Positions 35,549 to 44,300 of a stretch of DNA of 64,000 bases are shown piece by piece. This DNA is from Acidimicrobiia bacterium. GTDB lineage: Bacteria > Actinomycetota > Acidimicrobiia > IMCC26256 > JACDBD01. The translations under genes were made by a program, and so were the position numbers. The stretch spans positions 5,340 to 69,339 of the forward strand of contig DASZGY010000023.1 in the NCBI GenBank assembly GCA_035938395.1. Direction: 5' to 3'. Below the pieces are notes generated by a model that saw only the letters and a program-made list of their open reading frames with translations, ran no database searches and was not told the origin of the DNA. The stretch's first letter is position 1; every line of letters begins with the position of its first letter.

Positions 35549-35581
35549 GATTGTAATAACACTACGGACGTAGTGGAAATC
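35549..35581. promoter_or_regulatory. second copy of the suf box (GATTGT ... ACTACG-GA-CGTAGT ... GGAAATC) in the divergent sufC/methyltransferase intergenic region
   Basis: GATTGT at 35549-35554. Inverted repeat ACTACGGACGTAGT at 35561-35574. The 14-mer ACGTAGTGGAAATC at 35568-35581 is identical to 23607-23620. Confidence 0.6.
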
Positions 35582-35602
35582 TCGCTCCCCGAGGAGGACA
35601 GG

Positions 35603-36373
35603 TTGAGCACGGGCGACGCGGAGGAGCGGCGGCGGCGAGTGGAGGCGTTGCCGCTTTGGATGCACACGATCGACCTCGGCGGCGGCCTGACCACGCCGGG
35701 GGCGTGGACTCCCGACGACCACGCCGGGACCCTCGAGGCCTTCGGCCATATCGACTTGCGTGGCAAGAAGGTGCTCGACATCGGTTGCCTCGATGGCCTG
35801 TGGACGTTCGATGCGGAGCGCCGCGGCGCCGCCCAGGTGTATGCCACGGACCTCGTGTCCCAGGTCACCCCGAACCGGGAGCCCTATTTCCGGCTCGCGC
35901 ACGACCTCCTCGGTTCGCGAGCCCACTACGCGCCCGATCTGTCCGTGCTCGATGTCGCCCAGCTCGGGGTCAACGACTTCGATGTCGTCCTCTACCTCGG
36001 CGTCTACTACCACCTGCGCGATCCCCTCCTTTCATTCGCACGACTCCGGCAGGTCATGCGGACGGGGGCGATCCTGCTCGTAGAAGGGCAGGTGATCGAC
36101 GCTCCCGAGGTGTACGCCAGGTTCTTCTATCGAGAGCACTACCTGGGTGACCGCTCGAATTGGTGGATTCCCACAATTCCGTGCCTCCGCCAGTGGGTCG
36201 AGTCCTCGTTCTTTGAGATCGAGGAGGAGTACCGGCAGACGTATTTCGACATGCCGCTCGTCGAACAGACGGGGCGATACGTGTTGCGCGCGCGTGCGGT
36301 CGAGCGCGCCGATCCGAACATCGCGTTTCCTGATCGTGAGCTCGAGCGGTTCGACCTCAGTCGGTACGAGTAG
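35603..36373 (+). CDS. class I SAM-dependent methyltransferase (CmoB/DUF1698-like)
   Basis: WMHTIDLGGGLTTPG and KKVLDIGCLDGLWTF (SAM motif I). The start is moved to TTG 35603 because GGAGG (35593-35597) lies 5 nt upstream. The ORF-track start GTG 35573 lies inside the conserved box. Confidence 0.75.
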   Translation: MSTGDAEERRRRVEALPLWMHTIDLGGGLTTPGAWTPDDHAGTLEAFGHIDLRGKKVLDIGCLDGLWTFDAERRGAAQVYATDLVSQVTPNREPYFRLAHDLLGSRAHYAPDLSVLDVAQLGVNDFDVVLYLGVYYHLRDPLLSFARLRQVMRTGAILLVEGQVIDAPEVYARFFYREHYLGDRSNWWIPTIPCLRQWVESSFFEIEEEYRQTYFDMPLVEQTGRYVLRARAVERADPNIAFPDRELERFDLSRYE

Positions 36374-37784
36374 GCGACGAATGATCGGCCGATCCGGGGG
36401 TCGCCGAGCTCCCGTCGCGTTGCTCGGCGGCCGACGTTCGCAAGTCCCTATCCGGGACGGACGCGTCAAGTCCGAGCATCGCCGACGCCGGTTCGGGGAG
36501 CGATTCCGGCGCGCGGTCGGGGTCCAACTCGGGGACATACCCGGGCCTCCCGTGCCGGGCGCGCCTGCGCCGGCGCGCCCGGGGTTCGTCGGACCAGGAA
36601 CGGTCGGACCGGAAGCGCGCCTGCGCCGTGATCCGCTGCGCCAGCGCGTACGTGGGTTTCTCGACGAACCGGTGGAGCAGGTACGCGGTGCCGAGCACGG
36701 CGGCGGCGGCCGCAGGCAGGGCCAGGAAGTAGCTCCCGAATGATCGCGTAAGCCACGCGAGGATCGTCCACCCGACCACGGTCACGGTCAGGTACACGGG
36801 GTAGCTCATGTCCCCAAGTATTTGGAGCGGAGCCGTCCTCGGGATCCGATTCCCGACACAATAGAAAATCATAAAGATCACGAAGCCGGTCACGAACGAG
36901 TTGAAGTACGTCGTCGCTTGATCGACCGGCAGGTAGGGCTGCTGGAACGCCCCGTGATGCAATGCGATCGCGGCCAAACTGATGATGGAGCCCGTCACGA
37001 GGGCGAACATGCGACGGGTCCAGAAGCCCCGATACAGCATGTGCAGCGCCACCCCCACGTAGATGAAGACCATGAATCCCAGGTTGCGACCGATGTAGAA
37101 GCGGGTCCAGAACAAGACGTCTGGTGACTTGTCCGGTGTCGGAAGCGCGCGGCCCGCCCAAATGCTGACTGCCGTGACGAGGGCGGCCGTGCCCACCAGG
37201 ACCGCCGGCCGTCGCAGCAGACGCGTGGCGGCGAGGATCGCTGCAGTCAGATAGAAGAGCTCCTCGATCGGGATCGTCCAGTAGCTCGGATCGATCCAAT
37301 TCTTGCCGCCGTACTGCGCGACCAGTGTGCCGCTGGTGATCACCTGGGCGCGCTCGATCGGGAACGGGCTCCCGTGCGTCGTGATCCAGATCACGACGAG
37401 AGACAGCGCCGTCGCCACCCACAGCGTGGGGTACACGCGGAGGATGCGTCGGATGCCGAATGCTGACATCGTCCGCCGCTCCAGTGCGAACGGGATGACG
37501 AACCCGCTGAGCATGAAGAACATCCCGACCGCGGCGGTACCGGGATCGATGTCGAGATGATCCCTCGGCCACACATAGAGGTCATACGCAAAACTGGTCG
37601 GGAGCTCCGCGAGCGAGATCGGAGTGATGAAGGTGAACGCCTTGACGAGCGTCTTCTGCTCGCGGAACTCGAACATGAACCGGGCGAAGAGGACGACGAG
37701 CGCGGCAGAACCGCGGGCGACGTGCGCCCACCAGACGATGCGCTGCCGTTCCCCGGTGGGCTGGGCGGAGCCTGCTGCCGGCAT
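36357..37784 (-). CDS. acyltransferase family 3 (membrane O-acyltransferase) with disordered basic C-terminal tail
   Basis: About 10 hydrophobic helices and motifs typical of Acyl_transf_3 (RILRVYPTLW, YWTIPIEELFY, LGDMSYPVYL). The last ~90 aa are Arg/Pro/Asp/Ser-rich. Confidence 0.8.
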   Translation of the reverse strand: MPAAGSAQPTGERQRIVWWAHVARGSAALVVLFARFMFEFREQKTLVKAFTFITPISLAELPTSFAYDLYVWPRDHLDIDPGTAAVGMFFMLSGFVIPFALERRTMSAFGIRRILRVYPTLWVATALSLVVIWITTHGSPFPIERAQVITSGTLVAQYGGKNWIDPSYWTIPIEELFYLTAAILAATRLLRRPAVLVGTAALVTAVSIWAGRALPTPDKSPDVLFWTRFYIGRNLGFMVFIYVGVALHMLYRGFWTRRMFALVTGSIISLAAIALHHGAFQQPYLPVDQATTYFNSFVTGFVIFMIFYCVGNRIPRTAPLQILGDMSYPVYLTVTVVGWTILAWLTRSFGSYFLALPAAAAAVLGTAYLLHRFVEKPTYALAQRITAQARFRSDRSWSDEPRARRRRRARHGRPGYVPELDPDRAPESLPEPASAMLGLDASVPDRDLRTSAAEQRDGSSATPGSADHSSPTRTD

Positions 37785-37800
37785 GGGAGCGGCTACTCCG

Positions 37801-38820
37801 TTACCAGCGGATGAGCGCGGAGCCCCAGGTCATGCCGGCGCCGACGCTCGACAGCAGGACGAGGTCGCCACGTCGTAGCCGGCCGTCCTCCGCCGCCTCG
37901 GCGAGGCCGATCGGAATCGACGCGGCTGCGGTGTTGCCGAGCCGGTCGATGTTCAGTACGACCTTCTCCGGATCGAGACCCAGCTTGTCGCCGGCGGCCT
38001 CGATGATGCGGAGGTTTGCCTGGTGAGGAACGAACCAATCGACGTCGTCCAGGTTGACCGACGCGCGCGCCAGCGTGGCGTCGATGGACTGCACGAGCGT
38101 ACGCACCGCGAACTCGAAGATCGCCCGGCCTTGCATATGCAACGTGGTCTCGCGCTGCGCGACCGACTCTTCGGTCGACGGCTGACGGCTTCCGCCGGCG
38201 CGGATGCCCACAAGATCTGTGAGCGCGCCCTCGCAGCCCAGGTCGGACGCCAGGAGGCCGGTGTCGACGTCGGCGTCACGGGTCACGACGACCGCGCCGG
38301 CGCCGTCACCGAAGATGACCGAGGTCGCCCGGTCATCGGGGTTGAGGACCCGGGAGAACGTCTCGGCCCCGATGAGCAGCGCCCTGTCGAAGGGCCCCGA
38401 GTTCAGCAGCGCGCCCGTCATCACCAAGCCGTAGACGAAGCCCGAGCACGCCGTGTTGAGGTCGAACGACGCGCACGTCATGTCGAGCTCTCCTCCGACG
38501 AACGCAGCCGTGTGGGGGATGGGCTGCTCCGGAGTCGTGGTCGCGAGCGCCATGACGTCGATGTCGCGGGGAGAGAGTTGCGCCTTCTCCAGGGCCGCTC
38601 GAGCCGCGTTCGTTGCCAGCGTCGCCGTCGATTCGTGCTGCGCCGCGATTCGTCGCTCGCGGATGCCGGTCTTGTCGAGGATCCATCCCTCGTCGACGCC
38701 GAAGTGCTGCTCGAGCACGGCGTTGTCCATGACCGTGGGAGGGACGTCTGATCCCCACCCGGCGAAGCGGAACGGTGTCATGCGAGTTGCCATGGTCTTC
38801 CTTTGGGGGTTCGTGCTCAC
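37801..38820 (-). CDS. beta-ketoacyl-ACP synthase III (FabH-like), orphan copy
   Basis: The Cys-His-Asn triad is present (NTACSGFVYGL, VPHQANLRII, LGNTAAASIP). GTG 38820 overlaps the upstream stop (GTGA). ATG 38793 or 38781 are alternative starts. Confidence 0.85.
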   Translation of the reverse strand: MSTNPQRKTMATRMTPFRFAGWGSDVPPTVMDNAVLEQHFGVDEGWILDKTGIRERRIAAQHESTATLATNAARAALEKAQLSPRDIDVMALATTTPEQPIPHTAAFVGGELDMTCASFDLNTACSGFVYGLVMTGALLNSGPFDRALLIGAETFSRVLNPDDRATSVIFGDGAGAVVVTRDADVDTGLLASDLGCEGALTDLVGIRAGGSRQPSTEESVAQRETTLHMQGRAIFEFAVRTLVQSIDATLARASVNLDDVDWFVPHQANLRIIEAAGDKLGLDPEKVVLNIDRLGNTAAASIPIGLAEAAEDGRLRRGDLVLLSSVGAGMTWGSALIRW

Positions 38821-39749
38821 GCGTTGCTGCCGAGGAGCGATTGCTTCACCTGCACGGCCCCTTCGATGGCTTCATCGACGGATCCCGCGATCGGTATGAG
38901 ATTGAAGGTCTGGCATCCGGCCTCGAGGTACGGAGCGAGATGCTCGCTCACGTGCTCGGGCCGGCCGGCCGGGCAGTACCGCTCGAACGACTCGTACGGC
39001 ACCCCGTAGAACCGTTGCATCGTCTCCGCCAGCCGCGTGCGGGCGGCTTCGACGTTCGTGTCGAAGCCACACCAGATCTCCATGGCGTGCTGCCATCCGA
39101 CGGAGCCGCGGCCGGCGCGGTCGGCATGCTCGGCGACGAGCGTGACCGCATCGGCGAATCGGCTCGCCGAGTTGAACGCCCCGATCCAGCCGTCGCCGAG
39201 CGTCCCGGCCCGTCGCATGGAGGCGTCTGAACGGCCCCCGACGATCAACGGGATCGGCGGATGAGGGACGGGCAGGATGCGCGTGTCCTGCAACTGGAAG
39301 AACTCGCCGTCGAAACTGACCGACTCTCCTGTGAGGAGGCGGCGCAGCAACCCGAGCGATTCGTCGGTCCGACGTCCCCGAGTGCTGACGTCGACACCGC
39401 AGTTCTCGAATTCGTGCGGGTCCTCGCCCGCGACGCCGATCCCGAACGTGAGCCGGCCGGGCGCGAAGTGCGCGAGCGTCGACAGTTGGCGCGCCACGAG
39501 CACCGGGTGCCGCAGCGGCAGTTGGTAGACACCGACGTACACACCGATGCCGGGATGGATGCCGGCGAGAGAAGCGGCGGTGATCAAGCCGTCGATGCCC
39601 TCACCACCGCGAAAGCCCACGTGGTCGATGCTGCCGACGTGGTCGAGGCCGGCGGCGGCTGCGGCGAGGATCGTGTCGCGTGTGCGCTCGTCGAGCGTCT
39701 TGACCGACACGATGCCAAGGCGAACGTCGCCCAAGAGATCCGTCCTCAT
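38817..39749 (-). CDS. LLM-class F420-dependent oxidoreductase
   Basis: VRLGIVS.., LTFGIGVAGEDPHEF, IPLIVGGRSDASMRRAG..GDGW. The start is taken at ATG 39749. Confidence 0.8.
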   Translation of the reverse strand: MRTDLLGDVRLGIVSVKTLDERTRDTILAAAAAGLDHVGSIDHVGFRGGEGIDGLITAASLAGIHPGIGVYVGVYQLPLRHPVLVARQLSTLAHFAPGRLTFGIGVAGEDPHEFENCGVDVSTRGRRTDESLGLLRRLLTGESVSFDGEFFQLQDTRILPVPHPPIPLIVGGRSDASMRRAGTLGDGWIGAFNSASRFADAVTLVAEHADRAGRGSVGWQHAMEIWCGFDTNVEAARTRLAETMQRFYGVPYESFERYCPAGRPEHVSEHLAPYLEAGCQTFNLIPIAGSVDEAIEGAVQVKQSLLGSNA

Positions 39750-39913
39750 CCACGACCGGGCGGGGACGGTGATCGTCCTGCCCGACACCATCAATTACCT
39801 GCCGCTACGGGTCTGTAGACACGTAGACGCTAGCGGAAGTTACGTCCTGGCAATCGGATCGCCCGTTGCCCGGTTCGGTGTCGAGTCTTCTGGCTCCTGG
39901 GCTGACGCGGGTG

Positions 39914-40924
39914 TCAGCTCGCGGCCGACGGGGTCGACAGGGACAGTGCGAAGTCGCCGCCGGGATCGGTCCACCAGGCCGCGAGGCCGAGACCGGCGGC
40001 GGCCAGCTCCGCCTCGACCCGCGCACGGCGGAACTTGGCGCTGATCTCGGTCCGCATCTCCTCGCCGTCCGCGAACTCGACCTGCAGATCGAGCTCGTGC
40101 ACCCGCACCGTTTGCGCGCCGAGCGACCGCAGGCGCATTTCGATCCACTCTTGGTCCGAGTCCCACCGCGCGACGTGCTCGAAGCGCTCCGGCACGAAGT
40201 CGGCGTCGAGCTCTCGGTTCAGCACCGAAAGGACGTTGCGGTTGAACGCCGCCGTCACACCGGCGTCGTCGTCGTACGCGGCCACAAGCCGCTTGGGGTC
40301 CTTCACGAGGTCGGTTCCGAGGAGGAGCGTGTCGTCAGGCGCGAGCCCGGCGGCGAGGCTCCCGTAGAAGTGCGCCCGGCCCTCCGGGTCGAGGTTCCCG
40401 ATCGTGCTGCCGAGGAATGCCACGAGGCGCGTACCGCCTCCCGGGATCCGGTCGAGGTGGCGCTCGAAGTCGCCGACGACGGCGTGCACGTCGACGCCGG
40501 GATACTCGCCTTCGATCGCGCGGGCCGCGTAGCGCAGGGTCGGCTCGCTCACGTCGAACGGGACGAAGCGCCGAAGGGATCCGTGCGCCGAGAGCGCGTC
40601 CAGCAACAGCCGTGTCTTCTCCGACGTGCCCGAGCCCAGCTCGACGAGCGTGTCGGCAGATGTGCGCGCCGCGATGTCTCCGGCGTGCCGGGCGAGGATC
40701 GCGCGCTCGGTACGGGTCGGGTAGTACTCGGGGAGCCGCGTGATCTCGTCGAAGAGGCGGCAACCCTCCTCGTCGTAGAACCACTTCGGCGGGAGGACCT
40801 TCGGGCTCGCGGTGAGGCCGGCACGCGCGTCGGCCCGCAACGCGGCGGCGAGGTCGTCGGGACCGAGGTGGACGTCGACGCGGGACGGCGATGAGGTGGG
40901 GGAGATGGTGGGCCTCTCGATCAG
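39914..40924 (-). CDS. egtD: L-histidine N-alpha-methyltransferase EgtD
   Basis: [52 protein letters not shown]. There is no ATG/GTG between the egtC stop and the conserved core. Start candidates are CTG 40924 (CTGA overlap) or TTG 40840. Confidence 0.9.
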   Translation of the reverse strand: MIERPTISPTSSPSRVDVHLGPDDLAAALRADARAGLTASPKVLPPKWFYDEEGCRLFDEITRLPEYYPTRTERAILARHAGDIAARTSADTLVELGSGTSEKTRLLLDALSAHGSLRRFVPFDVSEPTLRYAARAIEGEYPGVDVHAVVGDFERHLDRIPGGGTRLVAFLGSTIGNLDPEGRAHFYGSLAAGLAPDDTLLLGTDLVKDPKRLVAAYDDDAGVTAAFNRNVLSVLNRELDADFVPERFEHVARWDSDQEWIEMRLRSLGAQTVRVHELDLQVEFADGEEMRTEISAKFRRARVEAELAAAGLGLAAWWTDPGGDFALSLSTPSAAS

Positions 40925-41670
40925 AACGGGCGGACTTCGAGCTTGTCGTCGCCGAGCTCGACGACCGAGCCGTCCTTGACGGCTTCCCAGCCGGCCTCGT
41001 CGTCGTACGGCTCCGACGCGACGACAACGGCTCCGGTGAGCTGGCGATCGTCGAACACGAAGAGCGAGTTGCGGCACGCGGTGGCCGCGATGCGCTCGCC
41101 GTCGGTCAGCAGGAGGTTGAGGCGCGCCGTCGTGAGCTCTTCGACCAGTCCGATGACCGAGACCAGCGCGTCGGCGGGCGGCGTGCCGGCGTCGAGCCGG
41201 TCGAGCACGAGCGCGAAGAGGAGCTCCGAGTCGGTGGCGCCGCCAATGCCGAGCGCGCGCGCTTCGCTCACCTTGTGCCGCAGCTCGCGGCCGACGCCGG
41301 TGCGGAACCCGGGCACGAAACCGTTGTGCGAGAAGAGCCACGGGCCCTCGGTGAACGGGGGCGTGCTCGTCTCTTCGATGGGCATGCCCGGTGACGCCGA
41401 GCGCACCGCCGCGAGCACCGCGTTCGAGCTCACGAGGCCGGCGATGCTCGCGAACGAGACGTCGGCCCAGATCTGCCGCGTTGTGCGATAGCGAGCGGGC
41501 TCGACTCGCTTGTCGCGGTCGTACCAGCCGACCCCGAACCCGTCGGCGTTGATCGTCCCGTGCGTCTGGTAGCGCGGCGCGAACGACTGCTGGAGCAACG
41601 AGTGCTCCGGCTTGATGATCAGCTTCTCGAGCGTGACCGAAGGTCCGACGTAGGCGAGGTGGCGGCACAT
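40921..41670 (-). CDS. egtC: ergothioneine biosynthesis amidohydrolase EgtC (class II amidotransferase fold)
   Basis: N-terminal MCRHLAY (Cys2 nucleophile), [11 protein letters not shown] and LFSHNGF. Confidence 0.9.
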   Translation of the reverse strand: MCRHLAYVGPSVTLEKLIIKPEHSLLQQSFAPRYQTHGTINADGFGVGWYDRDKRVEPARYRTTRQIWADVSFASIAGLVSSNAVLAAVRSASPGMPIEETSTPPFTEGPWLFSHNGFVPGFRTGVGRELRHKVSEARALGIGGATDSELLFALVLDRLDAGTPPADALVSVIGLVEELTTARLNLLLTDGERIAATACRNSLFVFDDRQLTGAVVVASEPYDDEAGWEAVKDGSVVELGDDKLEVRPF

Positions 41671-41676
41671 GCGCGT

Positions 41677-42861
41677 CTACCCGTCGGCCGCGCAGCGGAA
41701 GCCGGAGAAGATCTGTCGCCGGATCGGGTAATCCCAGTTCCGGAACGTGGCGCGGCGCACGCTGGTATCGGTCGCCCACGATCCGCCGCGCAGCACCTTG
41801 TACTCGGGCCCGAAGAACACTTCCGAGTACTCGCGGTACGGGAACGACACGAAGCCCGGGTACCCGGCGAAGTCGGTTGCCGTCCACTCCCACACGTCGC
41901 CGATCATCTGCTGCGGCCCGCCCGGCTCGCCGTCTCGGCTCGCCGCCGCCTCCCATTCCGCCTCGGTGGGCAGACGAGCGCCCCGCCACGTGGCGAACGC
42001 GTTCGCCTCGTGCCAGCACACGTGCTGGACGGGCTCGTCGGGCGGAAGGTCCTCGCGCCGGCCGTAGCGACGGCGCGACCACTCGCCGTCCCCTTCGCGC
42101 TGCCAGAACTGCGGAGCCTCGATCGCGGCGTCCTGACGCCATTCCCATCCGGCCTCGCTCCAGAGCCGCGAGTCGTCGTAGCCGCCGTCGTCGACGAACG
42201 CGCGGTATTGACGGTTCGTGACCGGTGTGCGGTCGATCCGGAACGGCGCCAGCTCGACCTGGTGGCGCGGGCGTTCGTTGTCGTACACCCAGGCGTGCTC
42301 GTCGGTGCCGATCGCGAACGTCCCGCCGGGGACTTCGACCACGCCGGCGCCGTCCTTCTCGACATCGGTAGGACGCCAACCGTCGGCGTCAGGATGCGCG
42401 AAGTTCTCCATCAGCTGGATCGTGGCGAGCATCGTCTCGTCGTGCTGGTGCTCGTGCTGGGCGACCATCCCGTACACGAACCCGTCTCGCAACAGCGGAT
42501 CGTCACTGTCGAGATCGACCGTCGCGAGAACGTCGAGGGCGCGGGCTCGCACACCGGCTACGAAGGCGCGCGCCTCCGCAGGCCCCAGGATCGGCAGCGA
42601 CGGACGGTCCCGACGCGGGTGTTTGAACGCGTCGTAGACGTCGTCGAACAGCTCGTTGGTCGGCGCGGCGCCGACGACCTTGCGCAGCAGCCACAGCTCC
42701 TCGTAGTGGCCGATGTGGGCGAGGTCCCACGCGAGCGGCGACATCAGCGGGGACACCTGGCCGATGAGGTCGGCGTCGTCGATCGGCGCGAGCAGCCCGA
42801 GGGTGCGCTCCCGCGCGCCCTCCAGGCCGGCCTCGATGCGGCTCTCCGTGTCGACGGTCAT
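41677..42861 (-). CDS. egtB: hercynine oxygenase / sulfoxide synthase EgtB
   Basis: DinB-like N-terminus ([23 protein letters not shown]) and FGE-sulfatase-like C-terminus ([25 protein letters not shown]). The ATG overlaps the egtA stop (ATGA). Confidence 0.93.
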   Translation of the reverse strand: MTVDTESRIEAGLEGARERTLGLLAPIDDADLIGQVSPLMSPLAWDLAHIGHYEELWLLRKVVGAAPTNELFDDVYDAFKHPRRDRPSLPILGPAEARAFVAGVRARALDVLATVDLDSDDPLLRDGFVYGMVAQHEHQHDETMLATIQLMENFAHPDADGWRPTDVEKDGAGVVEVPGGTFAIGTDEHAWVYDNERPRHQVELAPFRIDRTPVTNRQYRAFVDDGGYDDSRLWSEAGWEWRQDAAIEAPQFWQREGDGEWSRRRYGRREDLPPDEPVQHVCWHEANAFATWRGARLPTEAEWEAAASRDGEPGGPQQMIGDVWEWTATDFAGYPGFVSFPYREYSEVFFGPEYKVLRGGSWATDTSVRRATFRNWDYPIRRQIFSGFRCAADG

Positions 42862-44183
42862 GCCCACGTGGCCGCCGCGAACTGGTCGGGCTCGGGGATC
42901 AGCGTCCCGTCGTCCTGCCACGCCTCGAGGCGGTCGTCGGCGGGGCACCGACCCTGGGCCACATAGCGGTCGACGAAAGCCTCGACCGCCAGCACCGTGG
43001 TCGCGTCCGTGCCGAGGCGCACCATCGCCCGGAGCGCGACGTCGAACGCATCGCGGGCGGCGCCGGCGAAGTCGGGATGACCGAGGCCGTGGCGGGCGGC
43101 GTCGAGCCAGCGGCCGGCGGTGGGTGCGATCGCGTCCGCGGCGTCGGCGGCGGCGGTGTCGTCACAGACGAGCGTGGTGGCGACGGCCACCGCGGCGCGC
43201 CACCACGGATCGGGAAGCGAGTCGATCATCCGCATCTCGAGCCAGCCGCGCGGCCTCACGGGCGGGAAGAGCGTCGTGAAGTGGTACGAGACGTCGTCGA
43301 GGGTCGGGAAGCCGAGCTCGTGACCGTTCGCGATCCAGTCGCCGAGCGTGAGCGGCTCGAGGATGGGTACGAAGTGCGATTCGTCCCGACGGATGAACAT
43401 CACTCGCGCCGCAAGCGCGTATTCGGTCCACTGTCGCACGGGGTCGGGCTCGCCGTTGCCGTCGGCGGCCGTCGTCCGGGACTCGTCCACGTCGGTCCAG
43501 ACCGCCAGCCGTCGGGAGCGCCATCCACTGGGCGCGCCTTCCGAGAGCGGCGAGTTGGCGAACGCCGCGGCGAGCAGCGGACCGGTGTCGTGGGCGCGAT
43601 GCCAGCGCGCCGCGGCGTCGGCTGCCGTCGGCCCGAGGTCGACGTTCACCTGCACGGCGGCCGTCGATCGCATCATCGTGCGACCGGCCGCGCTCTCGCC
43701 GACGCCCTGGGCGTCGAAGTACGCCTCCATCGCCTCGTAGCGGGGCGAGTCGACGCAGCGGGCGCGGGCCGGGCCGGGGTCGAGGCCGAGCCCGACCAGA
43801 CCGACGCCGTGGTCGGCGAGGGCGGCGCTCAGCGCGGCGGCGTCGGCGGCGATGGACGCGCAGGCCGGGCCGATGCCGCGCAGCGGCGGCGAGCTCAGCT
43901 CGACCTGGCCCCCGGGCTCGTAGGTGAGGCGGCTGCCGGCGGGGAGCTCGGCGCCCGCCTCACCCACGACCTCGTGCCGCACCGGCTGGGTCGGGTCGGC
44001 CAGGCACACGGCCAGCCACTCGACCTCGACGCCGACCCGCCCCGAGGGGGAGGGCGGGAAGCACTGCTCCTCGACGAGTTGACGGACGTCGCGCGTTGTG
44101 AGGGACCGGCGGGCGGCGGGCACGGTTACCGGTACCCGTAGTGGGCGGTGACCCAGGCGAGGTTCCGCACGGGGGATGTCCAT
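42858..44183 (-). CDS. egtA: glutamate-cysteine ligase EgtA (GCS2 family)
   Basis: GRVGVEVEW, LTYEPGGQVELSS, FANSP and TLFPPVRPRGWLEMRMIDS. The start could be ATG 44183 or GTG 44123 (see the upstream ORF). Confidence 0.88.
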   Translation of the reverse strand: MDIPRAEPRLGHRPLRVPVTVPAARRSLTTRDVRQLVEEQCFPPSPSGRVGVEVEWLAVCLADPTQPVRHEVVGEAGAELPAGSRLTYEPGGQVELSSPPLRGIGPACASIAADAAALSAALADHGVGLVGLGLDPGPARARCVDSPRYEAMEAYFDAQGVGESAAGRTMMRSTAAVQVNVDLGPTAADAAARWHRAHDTGPLLAAAFANSPLSEGAPSGWRSRRLAVWTDVDESRTTAADGNGEPDPVRQWTEYALAARVMFIRRDESHFVPILEPLTLGDWIANGHELGFPTLDDVSYHFTTLFPPVRPRGWLEMRMIDSLPDPWWRAAVAVATTLVCDDTAAADAADAIAPTAGRWLDAARHGLGHPDFAGAARDAFDVALRAMVRLGTDATTVLAVEAFVDRYVAQGRCPADDRLEAWQDDGTLIPEPDQFAAATWA

Positions 44184-44200
44184 TGGTACCAGGAGCTCAT
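44126..44200 (-). CDS. candidate 24-codon upstream ORF (MSSWYQWTSPVRNLAWVTAHYGYR) preceding/overlapping the egtA start
   Basis: AGGAGG (44211..44206), a 5-nt spacer and ATG 44200. The TAA stop at 44128..44126 lies 2 nt before the in-frame egtA GTG 44123. Confidence 0.4.
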   Translation of the reverse strand: MSSWYQWTSPVRNLAWVTAHYGYR

Positions 44201-44300
44201 GGGTTCCTCCTGCCAGGTTTCGGTCGGGTCGGTCTCACGTTGTACGGACTCGGGGACGGATCGGACGGGCGGTTTCGTGGAAACGCACCGGCGCGCACTC

